Positions 39,110-49,800 of a stretch of DNA of 64,000 bases are shown here, piece after piece; positions within the stretch are counted from its first letter, which is position 1, and each line of letters opens with the position of its first letter. Position numbers and translations under genes: made by a program. Under the pieces are notes generated by a model. The model saw only the letters and a list, made by a program, of their open reading frames with translations, was not told the DNA's origin and made no database searches. The DNA comes from Longimicrobiales bacterium (lineage in GTDB: Bacteria; Gemmatimonadota; Gemmatimonadetes; Longimicrobiales; Gaopeijiaceae), in NCBI GenBank assembly GCA_965248195.1, contig CBDFIQ010000001.1, positions 1,376,001-1,440,000 on the forward strand. The letters are read 5' to 3'.

Positions 39110-40114
39110 TCAGTCCATGCCCGCCTGCTCCCTCACATACCGCGCTGCGTCCTCGTGCGTGGCGAACCAGACCTCTCCCTTTGCCTGCATGTGGTCGATC
39201 AGCCCCTCCAGCGCGACAATCCGTGAGCGGTGGCCGCTCACGTGCGGATGCATGGTGAGCAAGAACATTGTGCCCTCCTCCCAAGCCTTGTCGAACTCGT
39301 CGATCCATACCTGCATGACATCACGCGGATTCATGTAGCTGTTGCCACGCGGGTTGAAGAGCGGCGCATCGTCCAGAATCCACTCGACCGGAAGCTCCAC
39401 GACGCCGGTGGCCTCGCCGTCCTGCATGAGCTCATACGGACGGTCGTCGGCCATGAGCGAGCTCTCGTACAGGAAGCCCAGCTCACGGATGATCCGGAGC
39501 GTGTTGGGGCTGTGGTTCCACGACGGGGCCCGGTAGCCGACCGGCCGCTCGCCTGTGATCTCCTCCATGGCTTCCATAGCCTGGCGGAGCAGGCGCTCCT
39601 CTGTGGCGCCGTCGAGCGCGGTATTCAACTCGTGGATCCATCCGTGCACGCCGATCTCGTGCATGTCCGACCCCTTGATCACGTCGGCCTGTTCCGGGGC
39701 GAGCTTGAGACTCCAAGCCGGGAAGAAGAAGGTCGCCGGGATGTTCTCTCTGTCGAGCAGGCGCACGACGCGGGGTAGCGCGACGCGCGCCCCGTATTGG
39801 CCCTGCGATAGGGGGCCGATGCTGACACTTCCCGTGCGAAGCCCCTGGACTGTCTCGTTGTCCACATCGAAGGAGAGCAGGACCGCGACCCGCGCATCGC
39901 CCGGCCACGACTCCGGATTCAGGTCGCGGCCTGCGCGGACCTGATTCACGACGGCGCGGACGTACTCCTCCGACCAGTTCCACGGTTCGGCCGGGTCGGG
40001 TGTGGCCAGCGCCGGGGCGTCGGGGACCTGGCACGCTGCGGCATTGAGGCAGAGAACTACGGGTGCGAGGAGCAGCGTGCCCGTCCATCGGGGCGACGTA
40101 GTCTTCAGGTTCAT
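39110..40114 (-). CDS. Polysaccharide deacetylase family (PuuE/HpPgdA-like) lipoprotein
   Basis: SFDVD, HEIGVHGWIHE, GYRAPSW, LTMHPHVSG. Confidence 0.9.
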   Translation of the reverse strand: MNLKTTSPRWTGTLLLAPVVLCLNAAACQVPDAPALATPDPAEPWNWSEEYVRAVVNQVRAGRDLNPESWPGDARVAVLLSFDVDNETVQGLRTGSVSIGPLSQGQYGARVALPRVVRLLDRENIPATFFFPAWSLKLAPEQADVIKGSDMHEIGVHGWIHELNTALDGATEERLLRQAMEAMEEITGERPVGYRAPSWNHSPNTLRIIRELGFLYESSLMADDRPYELMQDGEATGVVELPVEWILDDAPLFNPRGNSYMNPRDVMQVWIDEFDKAWEEGTMFLLTMHPHVSGHRSRIVALEGLIDHMQAKGEVWFATHEDAARYVREQAGMD

Positions 40115-40131
40115 CGGACGACTCCGATTTG

Positions 40132-41142
40132 TCAGCGCAGAGGGGCGAACTTGAGCAGTTTCATTCCAGGGTTCTCTCCCCCGTACAAGTTGCCCCGAGC
40201 ATCCACCGCCACGGTCTCCGCCACCCTCGCGGTACCAGATTCCGGCACCGGAGCCCTGATGAAGGCTGACACGGATCCATCTCTCGCACTTCCGATCCGG
40301 ATGCCTTCGGCGAGGTCGGCCACATACAACATATCGTCCGGGGTGATGAAGAGCCCGCTCGGAGCCCCAAACTGCGTCCACGCGTCGATGAAGCCTCCAT
40401 CCTGGTCGAAGATCTGGATTCGCCGATTCCCCCGGTCAGCCACGAACAATCGTCCTCTGGAATCGAAAGCGAGACCGTGGGCACCATCCAGCTCACCGGG
40501 AGCCGTCCCTTTTTCTCCCCACTCCTTGATGAACGTGCCATCCTTCGAGAACTTCACGATCCGCATGTTCGTATCCATGCCGCTGTGTCCGTCGGCCACG
40601 AAGATGTCCCCGTTCGCCGCTATCGCGACATCAGACGGCCGATTGAGCGTGTTGGGTCCTTCGCCGGCAACACCGGGCTGGCCCAGGGTCAACACGAGCT
40701 CCCCATCTGGGTTGAACTTTAGAACCGTATGACCCCTTCCGCCTTCGCCACGGCCATCGGTCACGTACACGTTGCCCTCGTGGTCGAGGGCGAGACCGTG
40801 CGGGTAGAGGAACATCCCGGCACCGAAGCTTTGGACCAGCGTCCCGGAGGAGTCGAACTTCAGAATCGGTGAAACGTCCGATTCGGCGCATCCAGGGCCG
40901 TTGAAGTCACCGCATCGTTCCAATACCCACACGCTTTCTTGGTCGGGGTCCATCTCGACGCCGGTCGGGGCACCCCAGGTCCGTCCACTGGGCAGCCGAG
41001 CCCAGTCGTCCGCGCCTCGATAGGCATGGAGCACTGGACCCGATTGGCCGTAGGCCTCGCCAGACGGTATGCAAAGGCCCACCGCAAAAACAAACACGAA
41101 GGCGATCCCAAGAAAGTCATTCACTCGACCGGAAGGGCGCAT
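40132..41142 (-). CDS. NHL-repeat protein, peptidyl-alpha-hydroxyglycine lyase (PAL)-like
   Basis: PHGLALD, PSDVAIAANGDIFVADG, RIVKFSKDG, LFVADRGNRRIQIFDQ. Confidence 0.85.
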   Translation of the reverse strand: MRPSGRVNDFLGIAFVFVFAVGLCIPSGEAYGQSGPVLHAYRGADDWARLPSGRTWGAPTGVEMDPDQESVWVLERCGDFNGPGCAESDVSPILKFDSSGTLVQSFGAGMFLYPHGLALDHEGNVYVTDGRGEGGRGHTVLKFNPDGELVLTLGQPGVAGEGPNTLNRPSDVAIAANGDIFVADGHSGMDTNMRIVKFSKDGTFIKEWGEKGTAPGELDGAHGLAFDSRGRLFVADRGNRRIQIFDQDGGFIDAWTQFGAPSGLFITPDDMLYVADLAEGIRIGSARDGSVSAFIRAPVPESGTARVAETVAVDARGNLYGGENPGMKLLKFAPLR

Positions 41143-41298
41143 CGTGGAGCCTCCCCTGAAAAATAGTGAGTCACCCGGTAGGTGCCGGCCCCTTGCCGTT
41201 GCACCGTTCGTATGGTCAGCCTAGGCCATGGCGACGGCCGGAGCAACACCAGAGGCCTCGCCCCCGCAGATGGGTTCAAAAAATGAGTCAGATCTTGC

Positions 41299-42144
41299 CT
41301 ATCTCCCCGCGAGCCCCTCGGTGAGCTCGATACGGGTCCCCACCGGATCGACGATGACGGCTCGCTTGACGCCGAGCTCTGACTGTTCCTGGTAGGGAAC
41401 CTCGATCGTCACACCCTCACGTGCCAACCGCGCCAAAAGTCTCTCGAGTCCCTGAACCTCCAATCCGATCCGGTCGATCGCACGCCCGTCATTGGGGCTC
41501 CGCGCCGCCCGCACCGTCAGGAAGTCCAGCTCGGGGCCGGGGAATCCCGGACCTCCCGGAAACTCGGCGGAGAAGAACTGCCGTCTCATGGAGGCTGTAG
41601 CCCCGAAGGTGTGTACGTACCAAGCACGCAAGGCCTCGCCGTTGTCTACGAAGAAGTGAACGTGGTGAAGGGAAATCGGCACTCTGAGCTCGGGGGTTTC
41701 CGTAAACTCGATCTTCACCCCGTCCGGGAACTCTACGGTGAGCTGCCTCAGCCTGTCGTTCTCCGATACGATGGAGATGTCCTCGTCAACGACAAGTCCT
41801 CTTACCGCGACCAGATCGGGTACCAGGAAGCCGACGTGGTCCACGGACGCTCCGGCGGACCCGCCCGTGGGCTCTCCCTCGTTTACGACGAAGACAAGGC
41901 CAGGGACCCGGATCACGTCCCTCGAGCCGAGGGATGTGGTCCGAGCGCCGAACATCTCCCTCCAGAGTCTCTGGTGCTCGGCCGGTTCCCCTACCGTCAG
42001 GTGCACAGTGGCGAAGGAAACCCCACTGTCGTTGGGTGCCGCAAGTTGAGCCGCAAGCGGCGTGAGGACGGCCGCTGGCAGGAGGAGCAGCACAAGTGAA
42101 CTGAGAATTGCCCGGGTTCCATTTTCTCTGAACGCTTCACCCAT
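41299..42144 (-). CDS. Secreted two-domain VOC/glyoxalase family protein
   Basis: DHVGFLV, HHVHF, DPVGTRIELTEG; paralog of 59064-59879. Confidence 0.85.
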   Translation of the reverse strand: MGEAFRENGTRAILSSLVLLLLPAAVLTPLAAQLAAPNDSGVSFATVHLTVGEPAEHQRLWREMFGARTTSLGSRDVIRVPGLVFVVNEGEPTGGSAGASVDHVGFLVPDLVAVRGLVVDEDISIVSENDRLRQLTVEFPDGVKIEFTETPELRVPISLHHVHFFVDNGEALRAWYVHTFGATASMRRQFFSAEFPGGPGFPGPELDFLTVRAARSPNDGRAIDRIGLEVQGLERLLARLAREGVTIEVPYQEQSELGVKRAVIVDPVGTRIELTEGLAGR

Positions 42145-42341
42145 TCCGACCTCCTGATCTCTAACGGATTCCCAGCTTTGAGGAGAACCCAAGGTGGGTT
42201 ATCAGAGGGGAAGCGTGCAACAACCCACTGATCGCGTATGAGACGTGACGCCAAGACTGGCGGTTTGTTTCCGGCTGGGCCAGGTTAGGAGCCTGTCCTC
42301 ATGTGCAGGCTGAGCTTCCGTCACTCATCAGGGAGGTTTGG

Positions 42342-43451
42342 ATGTCGAACGCACGCCGCAACTATCGTAGAAGTTGTCTGCTTGCCGCGGGGATGCTGTG
42401 CCTCGCGGGGCCGTTAGCGGCCCAGATTCAGACTTCGCCGCTGGCGGGCCGGAGTGGGACGGCCGTCGTTATCGCGCAGACTAGCTCCGGCGGCTCCGAT
42501 ACTCACCTGATCGACCCCGTATCCAACGAGGTCATCGGCATCATCAAAGGCTTGGGCCTGCCACATGGCATTACGGTCAACCCCGAAGGCACCAAGTACT
42601 ACGTGACGAACGAGCACGACATCAGCGTTGACGTCGTCGACGCCCGCACCCTCCAAGTCATCAAGCGAATCCCGCTGGCTGCCCGGCCCAACAACATCGC
42701 CTCCAGCAGCCTGGCCCGTAAGGCATATGCCGCGATTGCCGGGGCTCCAATGGTCCAGGTCATCGACATGGATACCGATGAGATCGTGAAGAATATTCCC
42801 ACGGTGGGGGGGGTGCACAACACGTTCGCTACGCCCGACGGCAGATACATCGCCGCGGGCATGGTCGGGGCGCAGACGCTTTCGTTGATTGATACGAGCA
42901 CGGATGAGATCGCGTGGTCGCTTGGGCCGGAAGATATGACCGAGGGAGTGCGCCCCATGGGCTTCGAGACGAATTCGGACGGCTCGACCAGGCGGATCTT
43001 CGTGAACATATCCAGTCTCGAGGGCTTCGTGGTTGTGGATTTTGAGACGAGGGAGGTCGTGGACCGGATCGTGGCGCCGCTTGCCCCGCTGTCGAGGTAC
43101 AACCTCATCGGGGTTCGGAACTCTCTCGCTCACGGTATCGAGGTGCTCGCGGACCAGTCGGCCGTGTGGGTTGTTTCCCGTGTGTCGGGCAGGGTTGTTG
43201 GATGGACTCTTCCGGATCTCGAATGGATCGGGGACGTATACGTCGGCGTTTCATCTTGGCTTACGTCCACGCCGGACAGTCGGTACTTGTATGTCGCCTC
43301 AACGGGGCGCGACGAGACGGCTGTCGTAGACCTGGAAACGCTGACCGTCGTCGACCGAATCAAAGTCGGGGACTCGCCGAAGAGGATGCGGACCTTCTTT
43401 GTCCCGGAGGATGTGATTCGGATGACTCATCGCGCCGCGAGCGGGAGATGA
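42342..43451 (+). CDS. Secreted YncE/YVTN-like beta-propeller protein, copy 2
   Basis: Homologous to 36970-38085 (PLAARPNN, GVHN..TPDG, VRPM.F, HG.EVL.D.SA.W, TPDSRY). Confidence 0.8.
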   Translation: MSNARRNYRRSCLLAAGMLCLAGPLAAQIQTSPLAGRSGTAVVIAQTSSGGSDTHLIDPVSNEVIGIIKGLGLPHGITVNPEGTKYYVTNEHDISVDVVDARTLQVIKRIPLAARPNNIASSSLARKAYAAIAGAPMVQVIDMDTDEIVKNIPTVGGVHNTFATPDGRYIAAGMVGAQTLSLIDTSTDEIAWSLGPEDMTEGVRPMGFETNSDGSTRRIFVNISSLEGFVVVDFETREVVDRIVAPLAPLSRYNLIGVRNSLAHGIEVLADQSAVWVVSRVSGRVVGWTLPDLEWIGDVYVGVSSWLTSTPDSRYLYVASTGRDETAVVDLETLTVVDRIKVGDSPKRMRTFFVPEDVIRMTHRAASGR

Positions 43452-44392
43452 CCATGGGCAAGGCGACGCCCACGGCGGAGTGGCCTCGGAGGGTTCTCGC
43501 GATCTTATTCGTGTCGGCTGCCGCCGTGGCGCTCTCTGCCTTTGTGCTTGGAAGTGACGCGGGGCCCGTGGAGGCTGCACTCGACGCATCGTGGGCGCCC
43601 CCCCACGAGGCACAGAACGTGCTGAATTTCGAGTTCTATAGGGAAAACGTCGAACCGATCTTCATGACACGACATGGAGAGGGTGGGCTGGTCCCGGGCG
43701 CGTGTGTCATGTGTCATTCATGGCAGGTTGGGACTCCCTTTAAGCTCCAGCCATTACAACATGATGCTGGCGGTGATCCGTATTGGACCGAAGCGCGATC
43801 TCGCCACAACTTCGAGGTCGTTTCTCGTTTGGTCAGCCCCGGCTTCCCGCAGAACAGTCGTCTTCTTCGGAAGCCGCTCGCGACTGAAGCGGGAGGCACC
43901 GAATACCATGTCGGCGGCAAGTTTTGGGATTCCCAGGACGATCCGGAATGGCAGATCCTGGCCGAGTGGGTGGAATCCGCGTCGGCCCGTCCAGTAGCCG
44001 CCCGCCCGCCTCCGCCCCAAGTGGATTTCGACTTCTTCCGCAGTTGCGTGCAGCAGATATTTCTCAATCCGCGTGAAGGCGCTGTTCCTTGCACTACCTG
44101 CCACGCGGGGGGGTCGAGGGGTTTTGCTCCCCCCATTCCGGCAGGGCGCACGTATTGGAATGAAGAGGAATCGCGTCGGAATTTCGAGGTCGTAATGCGG
44201 TTTGTCACCGCTGGGTACCCGATGGAGAGCCTGTTTCTGCAGAATCCTCTTCATCCCGATGGAGGGGGGACGCCCATGCATGGTGGTGGGATACGATGGG
44301 AGTCCCAGGACGATCCGGAATGGCAGGAGCTGGCTGCATGGGTCAGAGGGGAGAACAGGGGCAGCACGTGCCCCGTGCCCCTTCAGTTCTGA
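43448..44392 (+). CDS. Diheme c-type cytochrome, copy 2
   Basis: CVMCH and CTTCH; SQDDPEWQ x2; ATGA overlap with the propeller gene. Confidence 0.8.
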   Translation: MTMGKATPTAEWPRRVLAILFVSAAAVALSAFVLGSDAGPVEAALDASWAPPHEAQNVLNFEFYRENVEPIFMTRHGEGGLVPGACVMCHSWQVGTPFKLQPLQHDAGGDPYWTEARSRHNFEVVSRLVSPGFPQNSRLLRKPLATEAGGTEYHVGGKFWDSQDDPEWQILAEWVESASARPVAARPPPPQVDFDFFRSCVQQIFLNPREGAVPCTTCHAGGSRGFAPPIPAGRTYWNEEESRRNFEVVMRFVTAGYPMESLFLQNPLHPDGGGTPMHGGGIRWESQDDPEWQELAAWVRGENRGSTCPVPLQF

Positions 44393-44433
44393 AACGCGTC
44401 GCTCCGCTGGCGCCTTAACCTCTCCACAGTTCG

Positions 44434-45894
44434 TTGTCGAGTAATCGCACGGGCGAGGGGGATCCAAGGCCTTCCCCGCCGGCGAAGCTTCGTCACCTCG
44501 TGGCAGGGCCGGCCGTCTTTGTGGTGTTGCTGCTCACGCCTCTGGATGGGCTTCCGCTCGAGACTCGCGGCGCCATGGGTCTGCTGGTTTGGATGGCCTG
44601 GTGGTGGATCACCCGACCTGTGCACCTGGCGGTCACAGGACTACTCCCACTCCCGGTCGCCGCTGTCTTCGGACTCGCGCCCATGGATGAGGTCGCGACC
44701 TCGTACTCCCAAGACACGATCCTTCTCCTTTTGGGCGCGAACATTCTGACGAGCGTCTGGACCCGATGGGGGCTCGATCGGAGAATCGGCCTCGCTTCGC
44801 TACTCGGAGTGGGGACCGATACCTCCAGGCAGATCCTCGTCTGGTTTCTGGTGAGCGCGGCCCTCTCGGGCATTCTCCCGAACACGATCGTCGCCGCCAC
44901 GTTGATCCCGATCGTCGTCGCGATGTTACGCTCCATCGGCATCGAGGACCTCTGGAACAGCCGCGTCGGCACGGCACTCGTAATCGCCGTGGCCTGGGGC
45001 ACGAGCGCGGGGGGGGCCGCGACGCCGCTCGGTGGCGCCCCGAATCTTTTGACCGTCGGCTTCATCGAGGAGTCAGTCACCGGTCAGGAATTCTTTTTCC
45101 TGACCTGGGTCATGCGACTCGCTCCGATCACCGCAGTGATCGTGCTCGTGATGTTTCTCTTCCTGCGGTTCGCGATGCGGCCGGAGGTCGCCACACTACC
45201 CGGCTCCAAGGACTATTTCCGGGAAGAGGTCCGGGCGCTGGGCCCCATGAAGACGGAGGAGAAGTGGGGGCTCGCCCTGTTCGCGGTGGCGGCGGCGCTC
45301 GCGTTCGGACGGCCCCTGTATGCGCAGCTGGTGCCCAGCCTCACGCCCGCGTTCGCGTTTGTTGCGATGGCCGTGGCGAGCTTCGCGATTCGTACGCGCG
45401 AGGGGCCGCTCATCACGTGGCCCTACGCGCAGGCGAACATGTATTGGGGCCTGTTCTATCTCTTCGCCGGAGGAATCGCCCTGGGCCGGATACTGAGTGG
45501 CTCGGGTGCCGCAGAGGCCTTCGCGAACGCGCTGGTGCCGTACGCCGGCTCGGGCGGCTTCACGGCCGTGCTCGTGTTCTCTCTTCTGACGATGGTGCTC
45601 ACACAAGTCACCAGCAACACGGCAGCCATCGCGATCGTCGTCCCCATCACCATCAGTACGTTCCAGTCGCTCGATCTGAATCCGATCCCGTTCGTCTATA
45701 TCGTCGCGGTGATCGGAAACTGTGGCTTCCTCCTTCCCTCGTCCGCTGGCGGACCCGCCGTAGCGGCGGGATACGGCGTGAACCTGCAGACGATGGCCGT
45801 CAAAGGTCTCTTCGCCTCACTTCTGGTGCTCGTGACTCTGGTGGTGTTGGGATACGCGCTGGCCAGGTGGTGGCCGGCATTCGGAGTTGCGTAA
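44434..45894 (+). CDS. SLC13/DASS family permease
   Basis: GGAATPLGGAPN, TQVTSNTAA, many TM segments; start uncertain. Confidence 0.88.
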   Translation: MSSNRTGEGDPRPSPPAKLRHLVAGPAVFVVLLLTPLDGLPLETRGAMGLLVWMAWWWITRPVHLAVTGLLPLPVAAVFGLAPMDEVATSYSQDTILLLLGANILTSVWTRWGLDRRIGLASLLGVGTDTSRQILVWFLVSAALSGILPNTIVAATLIPIVVAMLRSIGIEDLWNSRVGTALVIAVAWGTSAGGAATPLGGAPNLLTVGFIEESVTGQEFFFLTWVMRLAPITAVIVLVMFLFLRFAMRPEVATLPGSKDYFREEVRALGPMKTEEKWGLALFAVAAALAFGRPLYAQLVPSLTPAFAFVAMAVASFAIRTREGPLITWPYAQANMYWGLFYLFAGGIALGRILSGSGAAEAFANALVPYAGSGGFTAVLVFSLLTMVLTQVTSNTAAIAIVVPITISTFQSLDLNPIPFVYIVAVIGNCGFLLPSSAGGPAVAAGYGVNLQTMAVKGLFASLLVLVTLVVLGYALARWWPAFGVA

Positions 45895-46202
45895 TCCGAG
45901 GCAGTGGGCCACGCGATCTGTCCTTGATGCCTCCGTGCTCCGCGCCCGAAAGCTTGCCATCTCTGTCTTGGCAGCTGCACCAGGGGACCCTGCACCGATT
46001 CATTCGACATCTCGACGATGACGGCCTCGGGTTGCCTGGCGCGATCTCAGTGAATCGGAAAGGAACCCGTGTGCGAACTTGACTCTGCGAGGGCCCACCT
46101 GAGGTGCCTCCACCGCACCCAGCCAATCGATCACCACGCCTTCCACGAAGATGCTCGGCCAGGGGATCTGACGGATCAATTGGCATCCGCACGAACTCTG
46201 TT

Positions 46203-46766
46203 CTACCTCCCGACAGGGACCCGGCGCCGCAGCTCGCCGTGGAAGTTCGTGATGACCTTCAGCGTGAAGTTGGGCTCGAAGCGCTGGGGATTGTAGAGGG
46301 TGAGGAATCGCTCGCGATCGGGTGAGAGGGACACGTCGTATCCGGCCTGATTGACAAACGGACCGCGGAACACCTCTTGCGGCGTGCCCGCCTCGAACTC
46401 GGAGCTCAGGCGCACGTCCACGGCATAGAACCGGGTCCCGGCCCTGTAGAAGAGCACGGGTTCGGTCGGGTGCCACATCGCCTCCGCCAGTCCAGTACCC
46501 GACGAAATCAGGCGGCTCGGTCCCGGGCCGGGGAACGGGCTCACATAGACTTCGTACCGTCCGGACTGATCGGACATGTGGGCGATCCACTCCCCGTCGG
46601 GCGAGAAGACTAGGCGCGCGCCATCAGGAGACAGGGCTAGCGATTAGCCGGCGGCCATCGGGGCGTCCCCGGGCAGCACGAGGTCGAGCCGAGAAGAGGG
46701 CCGAAGCGGCATCTCGATGCTACGCTGGGTCCACAGCCTCCAGAGAGCCACGCCGGCCACCACTGA
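46203..46766 (-). pseudogene. Internally deleted remnant of the TolB-like propeller C-terminus of a Ser/Thr kinase
   Basis: VVAGVALWRLW...RLDLVLP...G*SLALSPDGARLVFSPDGEWIAHMSDQSGRYEVYVSPFPGPG...VITNFHGELRRRVP; internal TAA at 46644-46646. Confidence 0.7.
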
Positions 46767-46845
46767 GGTGTGAAAGTCCACGTCTGACATTCCCCAAATG
46801 TCGCCGTAGCCTCAAAGCATTCCGTCCATCTCCAGGAGGAAACTC

Positions 46846-49800
46846 ATGTATCGACTCAATTGTTCGTATGTGATCCGAGGCCTGGGCGCGGGTGCGATGG
46901 CCTTCTTGCTCGTAGTGCCGAGTATCGGCGCGCAGCAGGGCGGTACCGTCACTGGTCGGATACTGGACGCGCGGACCGGGGCGCCGTTGGCGGCGGCCCA
47001 GATCTTCATCTCCGCATTGGATTTGGGCGGCCTGACGCAACAGAACGGCCGCTATCTACTCCAAAACGTGCCTGCGGGCACCCACACGCTGACCGTGGCC
47101 CGCATCGGGTACCGGACGGTAGATGCGCAGGTCTTGGTCGGTGGCGGTCAAACGGTCGAGCAGAATTTCGACCTCGCCGAGGAAGCCCTGGCGCTCGACG
47201 AGATAATCGTCACGGGTACCCCCGGCGGCACTCAGCGGCGCGCCATCGGGAACACGGTCCAGCAGGTGGACGCGAGTGTGATCGCCCAGGACGTCGCCAT
47301 CACGAACTTCCAGGACTTGCTGACCGCACGGAGCACCGGCCTCCGGTTCACCGCGCGGGTAGGCAGCGTGGGTGCCGGCGGGCAGATCATGATCCGGGGC
47401 GCCGGAAGCTTCGACAACGAGCGCAGTGAGCCCCTCATCTACGTTGACGGTATCCGGGTCAACAACTCCTCCCAGGTCGGGCCGGCAACGGGAGAAGGGA
47501 GACTCTCGTCCGCCCTCAACGACTTCAACCCCGAGGATGTCGAGAGCATCGAGATTATCAAGGGACCGGCCGCCGCAAGCCTTTACGGAACCGAGGCGTC
47601 GGCGGGCGTGATCCAGATCATCACGAAGAGGGGACAGCAGGGCGCGCCCCAGTTCAACGTCTCTGTGCGCCAGGGGGTCAACTGGCTGCCCAACCCGGCT
47701 GGCCAGGTAGGCACGCAATGGACGTGCCCCACGGATTCGAGCCCCGGCCCGGTCGAATGTGAGAACGAGGCGGACCTCGTCTCGTACAACATGTACGACG
47801 AGAGCACCCGCTACATTCGCGAGGGCTACTTCGACTGGCCCACCCCGAACCTCTATCAGTACGGTCACAGCCAGAGTTACAACGTGGACGTTCGGGGAGG
47901 GGCGGAGTCGATCCGGTACTTCCTTTCGGCCAACGTCGACGATGAGGAAGGCATCGTCTGGTTCAACACAAACGAGGTGGTCCGGCTGCGCGCTAACATC
48001 GGCCTGATCTTGAGTGAGAACCTCTCCCTCGACGTCTCCACGGGGTACACGGACGGCGATACGAGGTACGCGCTGCCTGTCGGGGGCGACGGCGGCATCT
48101 GGCAGGATCTGCTCTGGTCCAACGGATTCTTCTTGGACCGTGTCACGCCGTTCTCCGATATCGAGGGTGCCCCCCGCACGGGCGGCTATCAGGAGCACCT
48201 GCCTACGGACGTCGCGGAGGTTGAGGCCACCCGGGACTTCGCCCGCTTCACAGGATCGGCGACGATGAGCTTCAACATCGATGACTTTTCCGTGGGAAGG
48301 CTCGGGACCCTCGGGATTTCGCAGCGGCTGGTCGCCGGCATCGACCGGGGATGGGACGTCAACCGGGAGTTCTACCCTCTGGAAGACGGCATCGTGCCTG
48401 AGCACCTGACGCAGTTTACGGACGAATGGGATAATGTCTTTACCGAGACGTTGGAGGGCGAGTTGGTCTACGAGCGGCCCATCCAAACGAATACCAGCCT
48501 CGACTACTCGCTCACGGCGGACCTGAACGTGAACGAGACGTGGCGCTTCCGGACGTCGGCCGGAGTCCAGTACTACGTGGATAAGCGGGACTTCTTCTCG
48601 AACTCCGGAAACGGGTTCGCCTCGACGCTGTCGACCACGATCAACCAGATTTCCCAGTCCCAGATAAGGACCTCGTTTGAGCTCATCGAAAACAAGTCCC
48701 TGGGCTTCTACGTCCAGGAGGAGGTGGGCTGGAACGATCGGCTCTTCGTGACGGGTGCCGTGCGTTTCGACGACAACTCGACTTTCGGCGTCGACGCCCC
48801 GGCACAGAGATACCCGAAGGTGTCGGGCACGTGGGTGATTTCCGAGGAGGCCTTCTGGAACTTCGACTTCGTGAGCTCACTCCGGCTGCGAGGGGCGTGG
48901 GGGAAGGCCGGTCGCCAGCCGAATTCCACTTCAAGCCAGAACATCTACATAGCGATTCCCGGGCCGGGCGGAGCCGCGGCCATCCGGCCGGAGAGCCCGG
49001 GCAACCCGGGAATCGAGCCGGAGGTGAGCACCGAGATCGAGTTGGGGTTCGACTTCGCCATACTGGACGATCGGATCTCGGGCCAGTTCACGAACTACCA
49101 GAGGAAGGACGAGCAGGCGTTGCTCGGGGTGGATATCGACCCCAGCTTCGGCTTCCCGGGTTCGGTCCAGCAGAACGTGGGCCGGATCGACAACTGGGGC
49201 TGGGAGGCGCTGCTGAGTGCCCGGCTCTACGAGAGCGGGAGCCTCACCTTCGACCTCGACCTTACCGCCGACTACACGAACAACGAGATCAAGTCCCTGG
49301 GCAACTTCCCGGGTTCGGAAAGAATCAGGATCGGCTACCCATATCCGAACTACATCGTAGACAACTTGATTACGCGGGCGGAGTTCGACCCTGCCGGCGA
49401 GTACGCGAACGTATTCAACAGGAATCTGAATGGGTGGTGCGACCCAGGGGTCCCGACGGGCCCGACCTCTCAGCACGGACTGGTGCCCGGCGGCGATGAG
49501 GTGCCCTGCCAGGACGCCCAGAACCCGATAATCCTGGCCGGGGGGGCGTTCGTAAACCACACATTCACTGTGGCGCCCAGGGTCGGCCTACTCGGGGGCG
49601 ACCTCCAGATCTTCGCGCTGGCGGAGGGTCAGTACGGCCGGACTCACCAGGATAGAGCCCATCTGTGGAGCCACGCCTACAGGAACTCGATGGCCACCAG
49701 GCTCGAAAACATCCCCACCTTTGCGCTCAACGAACGGATCAACGGAAACAGCCCGGCCTGGGGTAAAGGCCTTTTCAAAGCGGACTTTTGGAAGCTGCGT

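Noticed and set aside
43894..43903. TTC-PAM plus seed matches to the spacer (also about 40820, 59583, 63013)
   Set aside because: Only 5-7 nt match, which is expected by chance.
46110..46185. Possible N-terminal gene scrap (LIRQIPWPSIFVEGVVI, minus strand)
   Set aside because: Resembles a hypothetical family start from memory only; too short to support as a feature.
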